In this document: positions 30,404 through 41,121 of the stretch, piece by piece
How the letters are laid out: every line of letters starts with the position of its first letter
How positions within the stretch are numbered: position 1 is the stretch's first letter
Notes under the pieces: generated by a model
Databases searched by the model: none
What the model saw: the letters and a program-made list of their open reading frames with translations, nothing else
What the model was told of the DNA's origin: nothing
Translations under genes and position numbers: made by a program
Assembly: GCA_024408505.1 (NCBI GenBank)
Contig: JAKSUZ010000006.1
Coordinates: forward strand, 2,073 to 66,072
Source: Bacilli bacterium
GTDB lineage: Bacteria; Bacillota_I; Bacilli_A; RFN20; CAG-826
Direction of reading: 5' to 3'
DNA: 64,000 bases

Positions 30404-31023
30404 TATTTTTTTAAGCGTTTTTTGATTGCGCGATAAACTTCTTTCACAATTTCTTCCGGTGTTTTGCTAGCATCAATTTTTACAATCCGTTTTGGATAAC
30501 GTTTCGCTAAGAGTAAGAAATTTTTTCTTACTTCGTTATGGAAAGATATACGTTCTAAATCTAGACGGTTCACTTCACGTCCTTTGTTTTTGCTAATCCT
30601 TTTTAATCCTAGTTTTGGTTCAATATCGAAAAGGAATGTTAAATCAGGGAATGTGCCTTCAGTGGCAAACATATTCATATTTAAAACATTATCAATTCCA
30701 ATTTTTCTCGCCCCACCTTGATAAGCTAATGAAGAATCTAAATAGCGATCGCAAATAACGATATTGCCTTTCTTAAGATTTGGCCACACAGTTTCGATTA
30801 AATGTTGGCGGCGACTAGCAGCGTATAATAAAGCTTCGGTTCTTTTATCCATCATTGTATTCTTTTTATCCAGGATAACATTACGAATATCTTCACTAAT
30901 TCTTGGACCGCCTGGTTCGCGCGTTAAAATAACTTTGTAGCCATCTTTTTGTAATAATTTAGTAATGGCTTTAATTGCAGTGGTCTTGCCACTTCCTTCT
31001 CCGCCTTCAAAAGTAATAAACAT
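30403..31023 (-). CDS. tmk: Thymidylate kinase
   Basis: FITFEGGEGSGKTT, TREPGG, DRYLDSSLAYQG. Confidence 0.97.
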   Translation of the reverse strand: MFITFEGGEGSGKTTAIKAITKLLQKDGYKVILTREPGGPRISEDIRNVILDKKNTMMDKRTEALLYAASRRQHLIETVWPNLKKGNIVICDRYLDSSLAYQGGARKIGIDNVLNMNMFATEGTFPDLTFLFDIEPKLGLKRISKNKGREVNRLDLERISFHNEVRKNFLLLAKRYPKRIVKIDASKTPEEIVKEVYRAIKKRLKK

Positions 31024-31024
31024 A

Positions 31025-31621
31025 TTAAATCTTCTTCCTTCCTTCTAATGCTTTCATAATTGTCATAGAATCAGCGTAATCAATATGGCCGCCCATTGGT
31101 AAGCCATAGGCTAATCTTGTAACTGTAACTTTTTTCTCTTCTAATAATTTTGCAATATATAGTGCAGTTGTTTCACCTTCGACGGTAGGATCAGTTGCGA
31201 TGATTACTTCTTTAATTCCTTCTTCATCGACGCGCTTAATTAAAGAAGCGATATTTAAATCTTCTACTCCTACACCTTTAATTGCACTTATTACTCCATT
31301 AAGTACATGATAAACCCCATGATATGAATTTAATTTCTCAAAGTTGTAAGCATCTTTTGCATAAGATAAAACAATAATAGTTGAGTGATCGCGAGTCGTA
31401 TCTTTACAAATCTCGCATTCATCATCTTCAATATATAGACCACATTGTGGGCATTGTTTTATTTTCTTTTTAACATCAAGTAAGGCATCCGCGAATTCTT
31501 TGATTGCTTCTTCGTCCATATTTAAAGTTGCGTATGCCATTCTTTCAGCGCTCTTTTTACCAACGCTTGGAAGACGAGAATATGAATCAACTAAACGATT
31601 AATGGACTTAAGTTCTTTCAT
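31025..31621 (-). CDS. recR: Recombination mediator RecR
   Basis: LPSVGKKSAER, C4 zinc finger, EGETTA, TRLAYGLPMG. Confidence 0.97.
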   Translation of the reverse strand: MKELKSINRLVDSYSRLPSVGKKSAERMAYATLNMDEEAIKEFADALLDVKKKIKQCPQCGLYIEDDECEICKDTTRDHSTIIVLSYAKDAYNFEKLNSYHGVYHVLNGVISAIKGVGVEDLNIASLIKRVDEEGIKEVIIATDPTVEGETTALYIAKLLEEKKVTVTRLAYGLPMGGHIDYADSMTIMKALEGRKKI

Positions 31622-31920
31622 TACATTCCAATTCCTTCTTTACGACCGGTTAATCTAAGATTAATCTCTTCTTCAGCGGCCTTGATTTGTTCGTGCGCTT
31701 CATTAATTGCTAACACAATCATATCCTGAACCATCTCTTTATCTTCTTTTAAGGCGTTATCATCAATGTTTATTGATTTAACTGATTTATTACCTAAAAC
31801 AGTAACTTTAACCGCGCCGCCTTTTTCAATTACGAATTCTTTGCTAGCTAATTCAGCTTTTGCTTTTTGAAGTTCGCGTTGAATTTTCTGCGCTTGCATT
31901 AACATTGCTTGCATGTTCAT
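31621..31920 (-). CDS. ybaB: YbaB/EbfC nucleoid-associated protein
   Basis: MMxQAQK-like start, GGAVKV, QDMIVLAIN; between dnaX and recR. Confidence 0.93.
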   Translation of the reverse strand: MNMQAMLMQAQKIQRELQKAKAELASKEFVIEKGGAVKVTVLGNKSVKSINIDDNALKEDKEMVQDMIVLAINEAHEQIKAAEEEINLRLTGRKEGIGM

Positions 31921-31923
31921 AAA

Positions 31924-33540
31924 TTATTTCTCCTTTATTACTACTTCTTCTTTTGCTGGTAATTTATTTACCTGGCGAAGATTTAAAAACAATTTTCTTA
32001 AGCGTACTTCTTCGCCACGACTAAGAGCGTAAACGAAGACTTTTCGCTTCACAATCGCTTCGATAATTGAAGCAATATTTGCTTGGTTAGTTTTGATGTT
32101 TACTTTGTAAGCTAAACGTTCAAAATCAAAATTAAGTAATAATACATTTTTACAAATTACATATGGTGTTGCATCTAATAATAAAGTTGCATATTTACCA
32201 ATCTTTGGATCACTCACTAGTGGTGATAAATGCATATTCCAATGATTTAATAAATCCACTCTTTCATCTTTATTTCCGCTTACCATTAATTTAATAATTG
32301 TATTGTCATCAAGTTTATTAACATCACCTTCAATGTCTAGTTGTTTATCTTCTTTTAGGCTAACTTTGATATCTTCATGTTTTTCTTTTACTTTAGTAGG
32401 CTCTTTTTTTACGTCAGTAAAAATAACTGATGGAGTAACCGTAGATAATTTTTCTTCTTCAGTTGGTTCTAGTGTAATTAATTTAAGTAAAGTAATTTCA
32501 AATAGACTTCTTGGATTAGAAACAACTTTAAAGTCAACTTCAGCCTTAATAAGAATGGTAATCATTTCGTTTAATTGGCGAGGTGAAAATAAGCCTTCAA
32601 GTTTCTTTAAATCAGTTTCTTTTAGCGTGAGCATTAAATCAGTTTCTTTGGTTGTGTGATAAATCAGTAAATCTTTTAAGATATCAAGTAGTGATACAGT
32701 TAAACGTTTAATATCTATGCCTGCTTCTAAGAAGTGATTACTTCTAGTTAATACTCCGTTTGTATTCTTTTTTGCGATATCCACTAACAAATCTACTTTC
32801 TCTTCTAGTGAAGCGATACCAAATAAATCAAGAACGTCTTTTTCTACTAGTTTCTTGTTTGAATACGATAAAGCTTGATCAAGCATCATTAAGGCATCGC
32901 GCATTCCGCCATCAGCAATACTTACAATCGGGGTCAATGCTTTAGCATCATAAGTAACACCTTCTTTATCTAGGATACCCATTAAGTATTCAGTAATAGC
33001 ATGATCTTCAATCTTTGCGAAGTCATAACGTTGACAACGAGAAAGAATGGTTGGTAATACTTTATGCGGTTCAGTAGTTGCGAGAATAAAAATAACATGT
33101 GCAGGTGGTTCTTCTAAAGTTTTTAATAATGCATTAAATGCACCAGAGGTCATCATATGAACTTCATCGATGATATAAACTTTGTATTTACCTTTAATTG
33201 GTGCGAATTTACATTTTTCAATTAATGAACGTACTTCCTCAACACCATTATTGCTCGCAGCATCGATTTCAATAATATCTGGATGAGCATTTTTATTCGC
33301 GCTCATGCAATTATCACATTCATTACAAATTTCTCCATTACCTTTTTCGCAGTTGATTGCTTTTGCAAATAACTTGGCGGTTGTGGTTTTTCCAGTTCCT
33401 CTTGGGCCAGTAAACAAATAAGCATGGGAGATTTTACCCGTCTTTAAAGCATTGCTTAAAGTTTGGACAATTGCTTTTTGTCCAGCTACTTCGCTAAACT
33501 TCGTTGGACGATATTTACGATATAAGACTTTGTAAGACAT
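31924..33540 (-). CDS. dnaX: DNA polymerase III subunit gamma/tau
   Basis: LYRKYRP, GPRGTGKTT, EIDAASNNGV, DEVHM, SRCQ. Confidence 0.97.
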   Translation of the reverse strand: MSYKVLYRKYRPTKFSEVAGQKAIVQTLSNALKTGKISHAYLFTGPRGTGKTTTAKLFAKAINCEKGNGEICNECDNCMSANKNAHPDIIEIDAASNNGVEEVRSLIEKCKFAPIKGKYKVYIIDEVHMMTSGAFNALLKTLEEPPAHVIFILATTEPHKVLPTILSRCQRYDFAKIEDHAITEYLMGILDKEGVTYDAKALTPIVSIADGGMRDALMMLDQALSYSNKKLVEKDVLDLFGIASLEEKVDLLVDIAKKNTNGVLTRSNHFLEAGIDIKRLTVSLLDILKDLLIYHTTKETDLMLTLKETDLKKLEGLFSPRQLNEMITILIKAEVDFKVVSNPRSLFEITLLKLITLEPTEEEKLSTVTPSVIFTDVKKEPTKVKEKHEDIKVSLKEDKQLDIEGDVNKLDDNTIIKLMVSGNKDERVDLLNHWNMHLSPLVSDPKIGKYATLLLDATPYVICKNVLLLNFDFERLAYKVNIKTNQANIASIIEAIVKRKVFVYALSRGEEVRLRKLFLNLRQVNKLPAKEEVVIKEK

Positions 33541-33616
33541 AAAATAATTACTATTATTTTAACAAAAAATAAAAGATTAACATAACTTATTTAAAAATAG
33601 GTCAAAAAACGGACAA

Positions 33617-34732
33617 TTATTTTATAGAACTAAACTTATAAGTAATATTGCGAGTGAAAGGTTTATCTTTATCAATAAATAATTTTTCCATTGATTCCTG
33701 TTCGGTGGTAAAGAAGGTGTATGGTTCAATAGTAATTGCAGCATATTTTGTATCTTTTTCGCCGTCGTTCATTTCTTGTTCTTCGTTTGGCCAACAATTA
33801 GAGTACATAATAACTGCATCCGAATCCTTCGATGTGACATTTAATCTAATATTTGATTCTTCGTTACTTAATTCGAAGTCTTGTTCATCAATACTTCTAT
33901 CATCGAAACACCAAATGTGATCATATCCACCAGAGACTTTATCTTTATCTGCTGCTTCTTCAATATCTTTCCCAATAGTTTTTCCATTAATAAAATTCCA
34001 TGGGTTATTGCCTTCCTTAGTTACACTTTCAATGCCTAAAACAGTTTGATGCCCTTCGCTATCGTATTTTGCTATATTTTCAGCTTTAACAGTTAATTTA
34101 TGATTTTTTATGGTTCCATTATTACCTAGTCTAAAGTACGGATGGAATGATAAATTTACCGGAGTTAAACCAGAAGAGGTAGCATCAATGGCTAAACTTA
34201 ATTCTCCATCAGTTTTGCTTACTGTATAAACATATTTAACATTTAAAGTTTCAGGGAATCCTGATTCACCAGCAAGAGATATGTATTCAAATGCAACTTG
34301 ATAATTATCATCCTTTTCCGTTACTTTATGTGTCCAATCTTTAGCATATAAACCATTTGTACCACCATGAAGACAATTATTTTTTCCGCCTTTAGTCTCG
34401 TTAATGTCTAAATTATATTCATGTTCACCAATCTTTAATTTGCCATCTGAGATTCTACCTGCTACTCTTCCTAAACATTTTCCATAAAAGTTATTAGTGA
34501 TAAATGTTTTCTTATCCTTTGGATGATAGGTGACAAATTGATCTTTGTATTTAATCGAATAAATGGATGCACCACGATCGCAGAACACTACTTCTAACTG
34601 ATCTCCTTTCACAGTAAAGAATAATTTGTTAATGTCTTCATTATTACAACCGGTGGTAGAAATTATTGCGCCGCCTAACATAGCAAAAGCACATAAACAT
34701 AATGCTTTAGATTTTGATGCATTTGTTTTCAT
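33617..34732 (-). CDS. galM: Aldose 1-epimerase (mutarotase) with putative lipoprotein signal
   Basis: GRVAGRI, LHGG, NLSFHPYF, GYDH, IEP; N-terminal hydrophobic stretch ending TTGC. Confidence 0.88.
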   Translation of the reverse strand: MKTNASKSKALCLCAFAMLGGAIISTTGCNNEDINKLFFTVKGDQLEVVFCDRGASIYSIKYKDQFVTYHPKDKKTFITNNFYGKCLGRVAGRISDGKLKIGEHEYNLDINETKGGKNNCLHGGTNGLYAKDWTHKVTEKDDNYQVAFEYISLAGESGFPETLNVKYVYTVSKTDGELSLAIDATSSGLTPVNLSFHPYFRLGNNGTIKNHKLTVKAENIAKYDSEGHQTVLGIESVTKEGNNPWNFINGKTIGKDIEEAADKDKVSGGYDHIWCFDDRSIDEQDFELSNEESNIRLNVTSKDSDAVIMYSNCWPNEEQEMNDGEKDTKYAAITIEPYTFFTTEQESMEKLFIDKDKPFTRNITYKFSSIK

Positions 34733-34745
34733 AAATTACCTCTAA

Positions 34746-35756
34746 TTAGTGTTTTTTCACGTATTCATCAACAAGTTTAAGATAAGCTTTCTTTTTCTTA
34801 TCGCTCATAAAACTTGCAAGGAATGAATTTTTCGCTAATTGAATAACTTCTTTTTTGCATAGTTTATATTTACTAGCAAGTGTAAACATATCATCCGAGA
34901 TATAACTTTGAAAATAAGCCGGATCATCGGAATTAACTGTAACAAGTGCTCCTTTCTTGAGTAAGTATTTCATTTCCTTGCCTTTCATATCTTTAGTGAC
35001 GAAGCTATTTGAAACCGGGCAACAAGTAAATCCAATTTTATTTTTAATCGCAAATTTTACTAATGATTCATCTTCAACAATGTTTGTACCATGATCAATT
35101 CTTTCAACCTTAATATCTTTTAGACAAGTACGAATATGTTTAATGGAATCAATTTGATCAATGTCACAATGCATTGTGATATGAAGACCATCTTTCTTAG
35201 CTTGTTTAAAAATATCTTTGAATTTCTCAGGTGGATTGTTTCTTTCATCAGAATCTAGTCCGATTGCGATAATCTTATCCTTATAAGGAAGCATTTGTTT
35301 ATAAGTCTCTTTTGCGGATTTATATGGCATATCACGTAAGAAACACATAATTAAGCGCGCTTCAATGCCTAACTTTTTAGCTTCTTTAACTGCTTTATAG
35401 TACCCATTAATGACAGTTTTAAAACTTACGCCACGAGAAGTGTGAGCTTGTGGATCAAAGAATAATTCGCAATATTTTACATTGTGCTTCTTCGCTTTTA
35501 ATAAATAGGCATGTGCTAAAGCGTAGAAATCGGATTCTTTTTGTAAAACATTCATTGCAGGATAATAGACTTTTAAGAACGAAGTTAAATCGTTAAATTT
35601 ATAAGATGCTTTAACTTCCTTAATATTCTTTTGGCCAATATTAATGTGATTCTTTTTCGATAGTTTAAGTTTTAAATCGGGTTCAAGTGTACCTTCTAGA
35701 TGTAAATGTAATTCAGCCTTTGGTAAGCCTTTAATGAATTCTTTTGAGTAGTCCAT
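34746..35756 (-). CDS. add: Adenosine/adenine deaminase
   Basis: LPKAELHLHLEG, RIDHG, VNSDDPAYF. Confidence 0.9.
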   Translation of the reverse strand: MDYSKEFIKGLPKAELHLHLEGTLEPDLKLKLSKKNHINIGQKNIKEVKASYKFNDLTSFLKVYYPAMNVLQKESDFYALAHAYLLKAKKHNVKYCELFFDPQAHTSRGVSFKTVINGYYKAVKEAKKLGIEARLIMCFLRDMPYKSAKETYKQMLPYKDKIIAIGLDSDERNNPPEKFKDIFKQAKKDGLHITMHCDIDQIDSIKHIRTCLKDIKVERIDHGTNIVEDESLVKFAIKNKIGFTCCPVSNSFVTKDMKGKEMKYLLKKGALVTVNSDDPAYFQSYISDDMFTLASKYKLCKKEVIQLAKNSFLASFMSDKKKKAYLKLVDEYVKKH

Positions 35757-35856
35757 AATTTTCTCCTAAATCTTTATATAATAATCATACCTTTTTCAAA
35801 AATAATTATCATATAATTAGACTTTTTCTTCTCCTTAATTAAAATAGATAACGATT

Positions 35857-36666
35857 ATGAAAAGTTTAGTAATTAAAAATCTTCATGTCACCGTGGATGG
35901 TAAAAAGATCTTAAATGGCGTTACTCTTGCTATTAACGAAGGCGATAATATTGCTCTTTTAGGACCAAACGGGCATGGTAAATCAACATTATTTATGTCA
36001 ATAATGGGACATCCTAAATACCATATTACTCAAGGTAGTATTACCTTTAATAATAAGGATATTAAAAAGTTAAGTGTTGATGAAAGAAGTAAACTTGGTA
36101 TTTTTTTAGGATTACAAAATCCAAGTGAAGTGCCTGGTGTAAATAATAGTGATTTCTTAAAAAATATTATGAATGTAAGAAGAGATAAGCCGATGTCGCT
36201 TTTTACTTTCTATAAAGAATTGGAAAAAGCTTACCAAGAAATGGAGATGCCGTTTGAATTCGCAAATCGTAATTTAAATGAAGGATTTTCTGGTGGTGAA
36301 AAGAAGCGTAATGAAATTTTGCAAATGTTACTTCTTAATCCAAAACTTGCGATGTTAGATGAAATTGATTCAGGTTTAGATGTTGATGGTATTAATCAAG
36401 TCGCAAAGATGATTAATAAAAAACATAAAGAAGGTACAAGTTTATTAGTAATTTCTCACTATGCAAGATTATTCAATCTTATTAAGCCGAATCGTGCGGT
36501 AGTAATGGTAAATGGAAAAATTGTACTTGATGGCAAACCAGATTTAATTAAGCGCATTGATAAAGAAGGATATGAATGGATTAAGAATGAACTAAAAATT
36601 GAAATTAATAAAAAACAAGTTCATTCAATTGGAACCTGTGCAACGAAAGTTGCCTTGAAAAAATAA
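35857..36666 (+). CDS. sufC: Fe-S assembly ATPase SufC
   Basis: GPNGHGKST, NEGFSGGEKKRNE, LDEIDSGLDVD. Confidence 0.96.
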   Translation: MKSLVIKNLHVTVDGKKILNGVTLAINEGDNIALLGPNGHGKSTLFMSIMGHPKYHITQGSITFNNKDIKKLSVDERSKLGIFLGLQNPSEVPGVNNSDFLKNIMNVRRDKPMSLFTFYKELEKAYQEMEMPFEFANRNLNEGFSGGEKKRNEILQMLLLNPKLAMLDEIDSGLDVDGINQVAKMINKKHKEGTSLLVISHYARLFNLIKPNRAVVMVNGKIVLDGKPDLIKRIDKEGYEWIKNELKIEINKKQVHSIGTCATKVALKK

Positions 36667-37370
36667 TGAATATTAAAGTGAAGCAAAACGAAACTAAAGA
36701 AATTTTAGTAGAGGACAATTCCTCCATTAATTTTTCAATTGCTGAAAATGCTTCACTTATTTTAAAGTTTGTTTTCTTTTCGCCAATTAAAAATATTTCG
36801 ATTAATGGTGAACTTAAAAAGAAAGCTAAATTAAAAGCGGTTGTTGCGGATTTTTCTAATGGTGAAGCTAAGATGAACGCAAAAATTTTATTGAATGAAG
36901 AAGGCGCGAATGCAACTTGGGATTTAGCATCTCTTGCCACTAAAAAAGATCAAAAACAATTTGATATCTCCTTTATTCACAATAAAGGTAATACGAAAGC
37001 GGATATGAATAACTATGGTGTTGCGCTTAATGCATCGCGCCTAGTATTTTCAGGCACTAATCATATTCAAAAGAAAGCCAAGAAAAGTAACACCAATCAA
37101 AGCGCAAAAATTATTGTGTTTGATAAAGATGCAAGCGGAAAGGCTAATCCAATTTTACGTATTGATGAAAACGATGTTTTAGCTAGTCACGCTGCGGTTG
37201 TTGGTCGTTTAAATGATGAACACTTATTTTATTTAAAATCGCGTGGACTAACTGAAGAAGAAGCTAAAGCTTTAATCGTAAGCGGCTATCTAAAACCGAT
37301 TGCCAAAAACTTTGACACTAATATTCAAAATAAGATTAATAAAATGATTATGGAGAAATGTCATGTATAA
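36666..37370 (+). CDS. sufD: Fe-S assembly protein SufD (short form)
   Basis: ANPILRIDENDVLASHAA, LFYLKSRGL. Confidence 0.9.
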   Translation: MNIKVKQNETKEILVEDNSSINFSIAENASLILKFVFFSPIKNISINGELKKKAKLKAVVADFSNGEAKMNAKILLNEEGANATWDLASLATKKDQKQFDISFIHNKGNTKADMNNYGVALNASRLVFSGTNHIQKKAKKSNTNQSAKIIVFDKDASGKANPILRIDENDVLASHAAVVGRLNDEHLFYLKSRGLTEEEAKALIVSGYLKPIAKNFDTNIQNKINKMIMEKCHV

Positions 37371-38586
37371 CATAAAAAAGATTCGTGAAGATTTTCCGAT
37401 GCTAAAACAAAAAATGCAGAATCATCCGCTTGTTTTTCTTGATAATGCTTCTACTACCTTTAAACCAAAAGCGGTAATTGATGCTATTAACAATTACTAT
37501 GTAAAGGAAACTAGTAATTCGCATCGTGGTGATTATGATCTTTGTTTCCATATTGATCAAGAACTTGATGCTACTCGTAAAGTAGTGGCGGATTTTCTTA
37601 ATGCTAAAAAAGAAGAAATTGTTTTTACTTCAGGTGCATCCATGTCCATTAATTTAGTGGCATATGGTTATGCAATGAAACATTTAAAGAAAGGCGATGA
37701 AATTTTATTAACTGAATCCGAACATGCTTCTAATATTTTGCCTTGGTTTAAAGTTCAACAAACCGTGGGCGCAAAAATAAAATTCATTCCTTTAACTAAA
37801 GAAGGAAGATTAACTTTAGATAATGTAAAGAAATCGATTACTAGTAAAACTAAAATTATTGCAGTTGCGCAGATTACTAATGTTTTAGGATACCTTGCGT
37901 CAATTAAAGAAATCACAAAATTAGCACATCAAAAAAAGATTATTGTTGTTGTAGATGGCGCGCAATCCGTTCCACATCGTTTAACTGATGTTAAAGATTT
38001 AGACGTTGATTTCCTTTCCTTTAGCGCGCATAAGATGTGCGGGCCAACTGGGATCGGCGTTTTATATGGTAAGTATGAATTATTAGAAAAAACCGATCCG
38101 ACTTTAACTGGTGGTGGAATGAATGTTGATTTCTTTACTGATGGAAAAGTAACTTATTTTAATCCTCCAGCGCGTTTTGAAGCAGGTACGCTTAATCTAG
38201 CAGGCATCTATGGTTTAAAGGCCGCTATTCAATATTTAACAAAGATTGGAATGAACAATATTGAAAAACACGAGCAGGAATTACGCGCTTATCTAATTAA
38301 AGAATTAAAGAAAATTAAAGATGTCGTTATCTATAACGAACACGCTGAATCAGGCATCGTTACAATTAACAAAAAGAATGTTTTTGCCCAAGATGAAGCA
38401 ACATTTTTAAACAGCCGTGGAATTGCTGTTAGAAGTGGGCAACACTGCGCAAAGATTTTAAATGGTTTTTTAAATACTCCAGCAACAGTTCGCATATCCC
38501 TATATTTATATACCAGCAAAGAAGATATTGATAAATTAATTAAAGCTTTAAAAGAAGGAGATTATCTCAATGCCTATTTCGCTTAA
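37363..38586 (+). CDS. sufS: Cysteine desulfurase SufS
   Basis: LDNASTT, DGAQS, SAHKMCGPTG, RSGQHCA. Confidence 0.95.
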   Translation: MYNIKKIREDFPMLKQKMQNHPLVFLDNASTTFKPKAVIDAINNYYVKETSNSHRGDYDLCFHIDQELDATRKVVADFLNAKKEEIVFTSGASMSINLVAYGYAMKHLKKGDEILLTESEHASNILPWFKVQQTVGAKIKFIPLTKEGRLTLDNVKKSITSKTKIIAVAQITNVLGYLASIKEITKLAHQKKIIVVVDGAQSVPHRLTDVKDLDVDFLSFSAHKMCGPTGIGVLYGKYELLEKTDPTLTGGGMNVDFFTDGKVTYFNPPARFEAGTLNLAGIYGLKAAIQYLTKIGMNNIEKHEQELRAYLIKELKKIKDVVIYNEHAESGIVTINKKNVFAQDEATFLNSRGIAVRSGQHCAKILNGFLNTPATVRISLYLYTSKEDIDKLIKALKEGDYLNAYFA

Positions 38587-39007
38587 CAATGAAATGATGC
38601 GTCAAATCATCATGGATCATTATCAAAATCCACAGCATAAGAAAACGCCTAAGAAAGGTTATGTTTCAATTCATTCAAAAAGTGAAAATTGCATTGATGA
38701 CATCAATGTTTATTTAAAACTAGAAAAAGGTAAAGTCAAAGATTGTCTTTGGGATGGCGTAGCCTGTACGATTTCTACCGCTAGCACTGATATTATGTGT
38801 GAACTCGTAATTAATAAAACTGAAAAAGAAGCACGTTATATTATCGATCAATACTTGAAAATGATTCATGAAGAAAAGTTTGATGAAGAAATATTAGGCG
38901 AAGCAATTGCTTTTATTAACACAAGTAAACAAGCCGCGCGGATTAAGTGTGCGACCATTGGCTTTAATGCATTAAAGGATATCTTAAATCATAAACATGG
39001 GAAATAA
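38570..39007 (+). CDS. sufU: SufU Fe-S/sulfur-transfer protein
   Basis: IMDHYQNP, three conserved Cys, ARIKCA. Confidence 0.93.
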   Translation: MPISLNNEMMRQIIMDHYQNPQHKKTPKKGYVSIHSKSENCIDDINVYLKLEKGKVKDCLWDGVACTISTASTDIMCELVINKTEKEARYIIDQYLKMIHEEKFDEEILGEAIAFINTSKQAARIKCATIGFNALKDILNHKHGK

Positions 39008-40394
39008 ATTAAAACTAAACACTGACTATAAATATGGTTTTAAAGATAAAGATACCGCAGTTTTAAAAACGCCAAAAGGTTTAAATGAAAAAATAATTCG
39101 TGTGATCTCTCGTCTTAAGCATGAACCAAAATGGATGTTAGAGTTTCGTTTAAAATCTTATGAAGCATTTAAGCGCTTAAAAATGCCAAGTTTCGGTCCG
39201 GATTTATCTAAACTCGATTTTAATTCTTATACTTACTTTATTCGTCCGAGTGAAAAGGTTGAAAGAAAATGGGAAGATGTTCCTCAAACAATTAGAGATA
39301 CATTTAAAAAGATTGGTATACCTGAAGCAGAACAAAAATATTTAGCGGGTGTTACTACTCAATATGATAGTGAAGCAGTTTATCACAACATGCTTAAAGA
39401 AGTAGAGGATAAAGGAGTTATCTTTTTATCAACCGATCAAGCTTTACAAATGTGTCCTGAAATAATGAAAAAGTATTTCAACACCGTTGTTCCTTATACT
39501 GATAATAAATTCGCTGCGCTTAACGGTGCAGTTTGGTCAGGTGGTTCTTTTATATATGTCCCTAAAGGCGTTAAATTAGAAAAACCACTTCAATCTTATT
39601 TTAGAATTAACAATGAAAAATCAGGTCAATTCGAAAGAACTTTAATAATTGTCGATGAAGGCGCAGATGTACATTACATTGAAGGATGTACTGCACCAAT
39701 TTATTCAAAAGATTCATTACACGCTGCAGTGGTAGAAATTGTTGTGTTAAAAAATGCGAAATGTCGTTATTCAACTGTACAAAATTGGTCAACCAATATT
39801 GTGAACCTAGTTACTAAACGCGCGAGTGTTTTTGAAAACGGCAGCATGGAATGGATTGATGGTAATATCGGTTCACTTGTAAATATGAAATACCCGGCAT
39901 GTTTACTAAAAGGAGAAGGCGCAAAAGGAACTTGCATTTCAATTGCGGTTGCAAGCAAAGGACAATATCAAGATGCAGGTGCACGTATGATTCACTTAGC
40001 GCCCAATACCCATTCGACCATTATTTCTAAATCAGTAGTACATGATGGTGGAGTTGCTAATTATCGTGGCACAGTTCGTCATACTAGATTAGCAAATAAT
40101 TCTTCTAGCCACGTTGAATGTGACACATTAATTCTTGATGATATTTCTAAGTCGGATACGATTCCGAATAATGAAGTGATTAATCATACTAGTTTTATTG
40201 AACACGAGGCTACAGTTAGTAAGATTAATGAGGATCAACTATTTTATTTAATGAGTAAAGGCATGAGCAAAAAAGATGCAACTCAGTTAATTATTATGGG
40301 ATTTATTGCGCCGTTCTCGCGTGAACTTCCAATGGAATATGCGGTTGAGCTTAATCAATTAATTAAACTCGACATGGATAAAAGCATTGGATAA
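38997..40394 (+). CDS. sufB: Fe-S assembly protein SufB
   Basis: [40 protein letters not shown]. Confidence 0.97.
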   Translation: MGNKLKLNTDYKYGFKDKDTAVLKTPKGLNEKIIRVISRLKHEPKWMLEFRLKSYEAFKRLKMPSFGPDLSKLDFNSYTYFIRPSEKVERKWEDVPQTIRDTFKKIGIPEAEQKYLAGVTTQYDSEAVYHNMLKEVEDKGVIFLSTDQALQMCPEIMKKYFNTVVPYTDNKFAALNGAVWSGGSFIYVPKGVKLEKPLQSYFRINNEKSGQFERTLIIVDEGADVHYIEGCTAPIYSKDSLHAAVVEIVVLKNAKCRYSTVQNWSTNIVNLVTKRASVFENGSMEWIDGNIGSLVNMKYPACLLKGEGAKGTCISIAVASKGQYQDAGARMIHLAPNTHSTIISKSVVHDGGVANYRGTVRHTRLANNSSSHVECDTLILDDISKSDTIPNNEVINHTSFIEHEATVSKINEDQLFYLMSKGMSKKDATQLIIMGFIAPFSRELPMEYAVELNQLIKLDMDKSIG

Positions 40395-40459
40395 AAAAAC
40401 TAAATTCTTGCTTATAAAAATTTCTTTTATTATGTATAATAAAAATAGGAGAGTATATT

Positions 40460-40843
40460 ATGGCAAGAAAAGAACATCATGTTGTCCCTAATAAGAAGGG
40501 CGGATGGGATGTTAAGATTAATGATGCTGGTCATCGTACTTACCATACCCGTAAAAAATCAACGGCGGTTAGAAAAGCCCGTGCTATTTCCCGTCGCCAT
40601 GGTAGTGAATTAGTCATTCACAACTCAAAAGGTCAGATTGAGGTGAAAAACTCACATCCAAATCCAACCAAGAGACGGAAAAGAGCTAAAAAGGCAAAAC
40701 GTCGTGTAAAACGTACGGTTAAGAAAGCCAAGCGTCCAGCAAAGAAAAAAACTAGACGTCCAGTAAGAAAAGCTAAGCGCGTAAAGAGAAAAGTTAAACG
40801 TCCTGCGCGTAAAGCGAAAAGAAAGAATCGTCGTAGAAGATAA
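40460..40843 (+). CDS. DUF2188-domain protein with Lys/Arg-rich histone-H1-like tail
   Basis: HVVP..GGWDVK..A...AR..S....SELVIH...GQI...NSH; last ~57 aa almost entirely K/R/A/V/P; TATAAT and AGGAG upstream. Confidence 0.85.
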   Translation: MARKEHHVVPNKKGGWDVKINDAGHRTYHTRKKSTAVRKARAISRRHGSELVIHNSKGQIEVKNSHPNPTKRRKRAKKAKRRVKRTVKKAKRPAKKKTRRPVRKAKRVKRKVKRPARKAKRKNRRRR

Positions 40844-40847
40844 TTCT

Positions 40848-41060
40848 ATGCAGAAGATTCTATTAATTGCTAGCATTGTTTTATTGACCGTTGGTGCGAT
40901 AATCTTTCTAGCAATCGGAACGCCTTTAAAAGACTTTAATTGTATGTGGGCGGGATTAGGAATCTTCTTGATCGGACTCGTAACCTTGATTGTTTGGTTC
41001 TTTATCAGAACTTATCTTAAACGAAAAGAAGACGAGAAAAACAATATTAGAAGGGGCTAG
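40848..41060 (+). CDS. Small two-TM membrane protein
   Basis: Two hydrophobic segments and charged tail; 4 nt after previous stop. Confidence 0.7.
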   Translation: MQKILLIASIVLLTVGAIIFLAIGTPLKDFNCMWAGLGIFLIGLVTLIVWFFIRTYLKRKEDEKNNIRRG

Positions 41061-41076
41061 TTAATAGCCTCTTTTT
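41051..41076 (+). terminator. Intrinsic terminator
   Basis: AAGGGGCTA-GTTAA-TAGCCTCTT then TTT. Confidence 0.7.
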
Positions 41077-41090
41077 ATTAGTAAAAAAGA

Positions 41091-41110
41091 AAAGCACCTA
41101 TGGTGGGTGC
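41091..41110 (-). terminator. Intrinsic terminator after tRNA-Gly
   Basis: Minus strand GCACC-loop-GGTGC followed by TTTTCTTTTTT. Confidence 0.7.
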
Positions 41111-41121
41111 TATAATTTTAC

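Noticed and set aside
36666-37370. Short SufD as a pseudogene
   Set aside because: Frame is intact, coupled to both neighbours and keeps the conserved C-terminal core.
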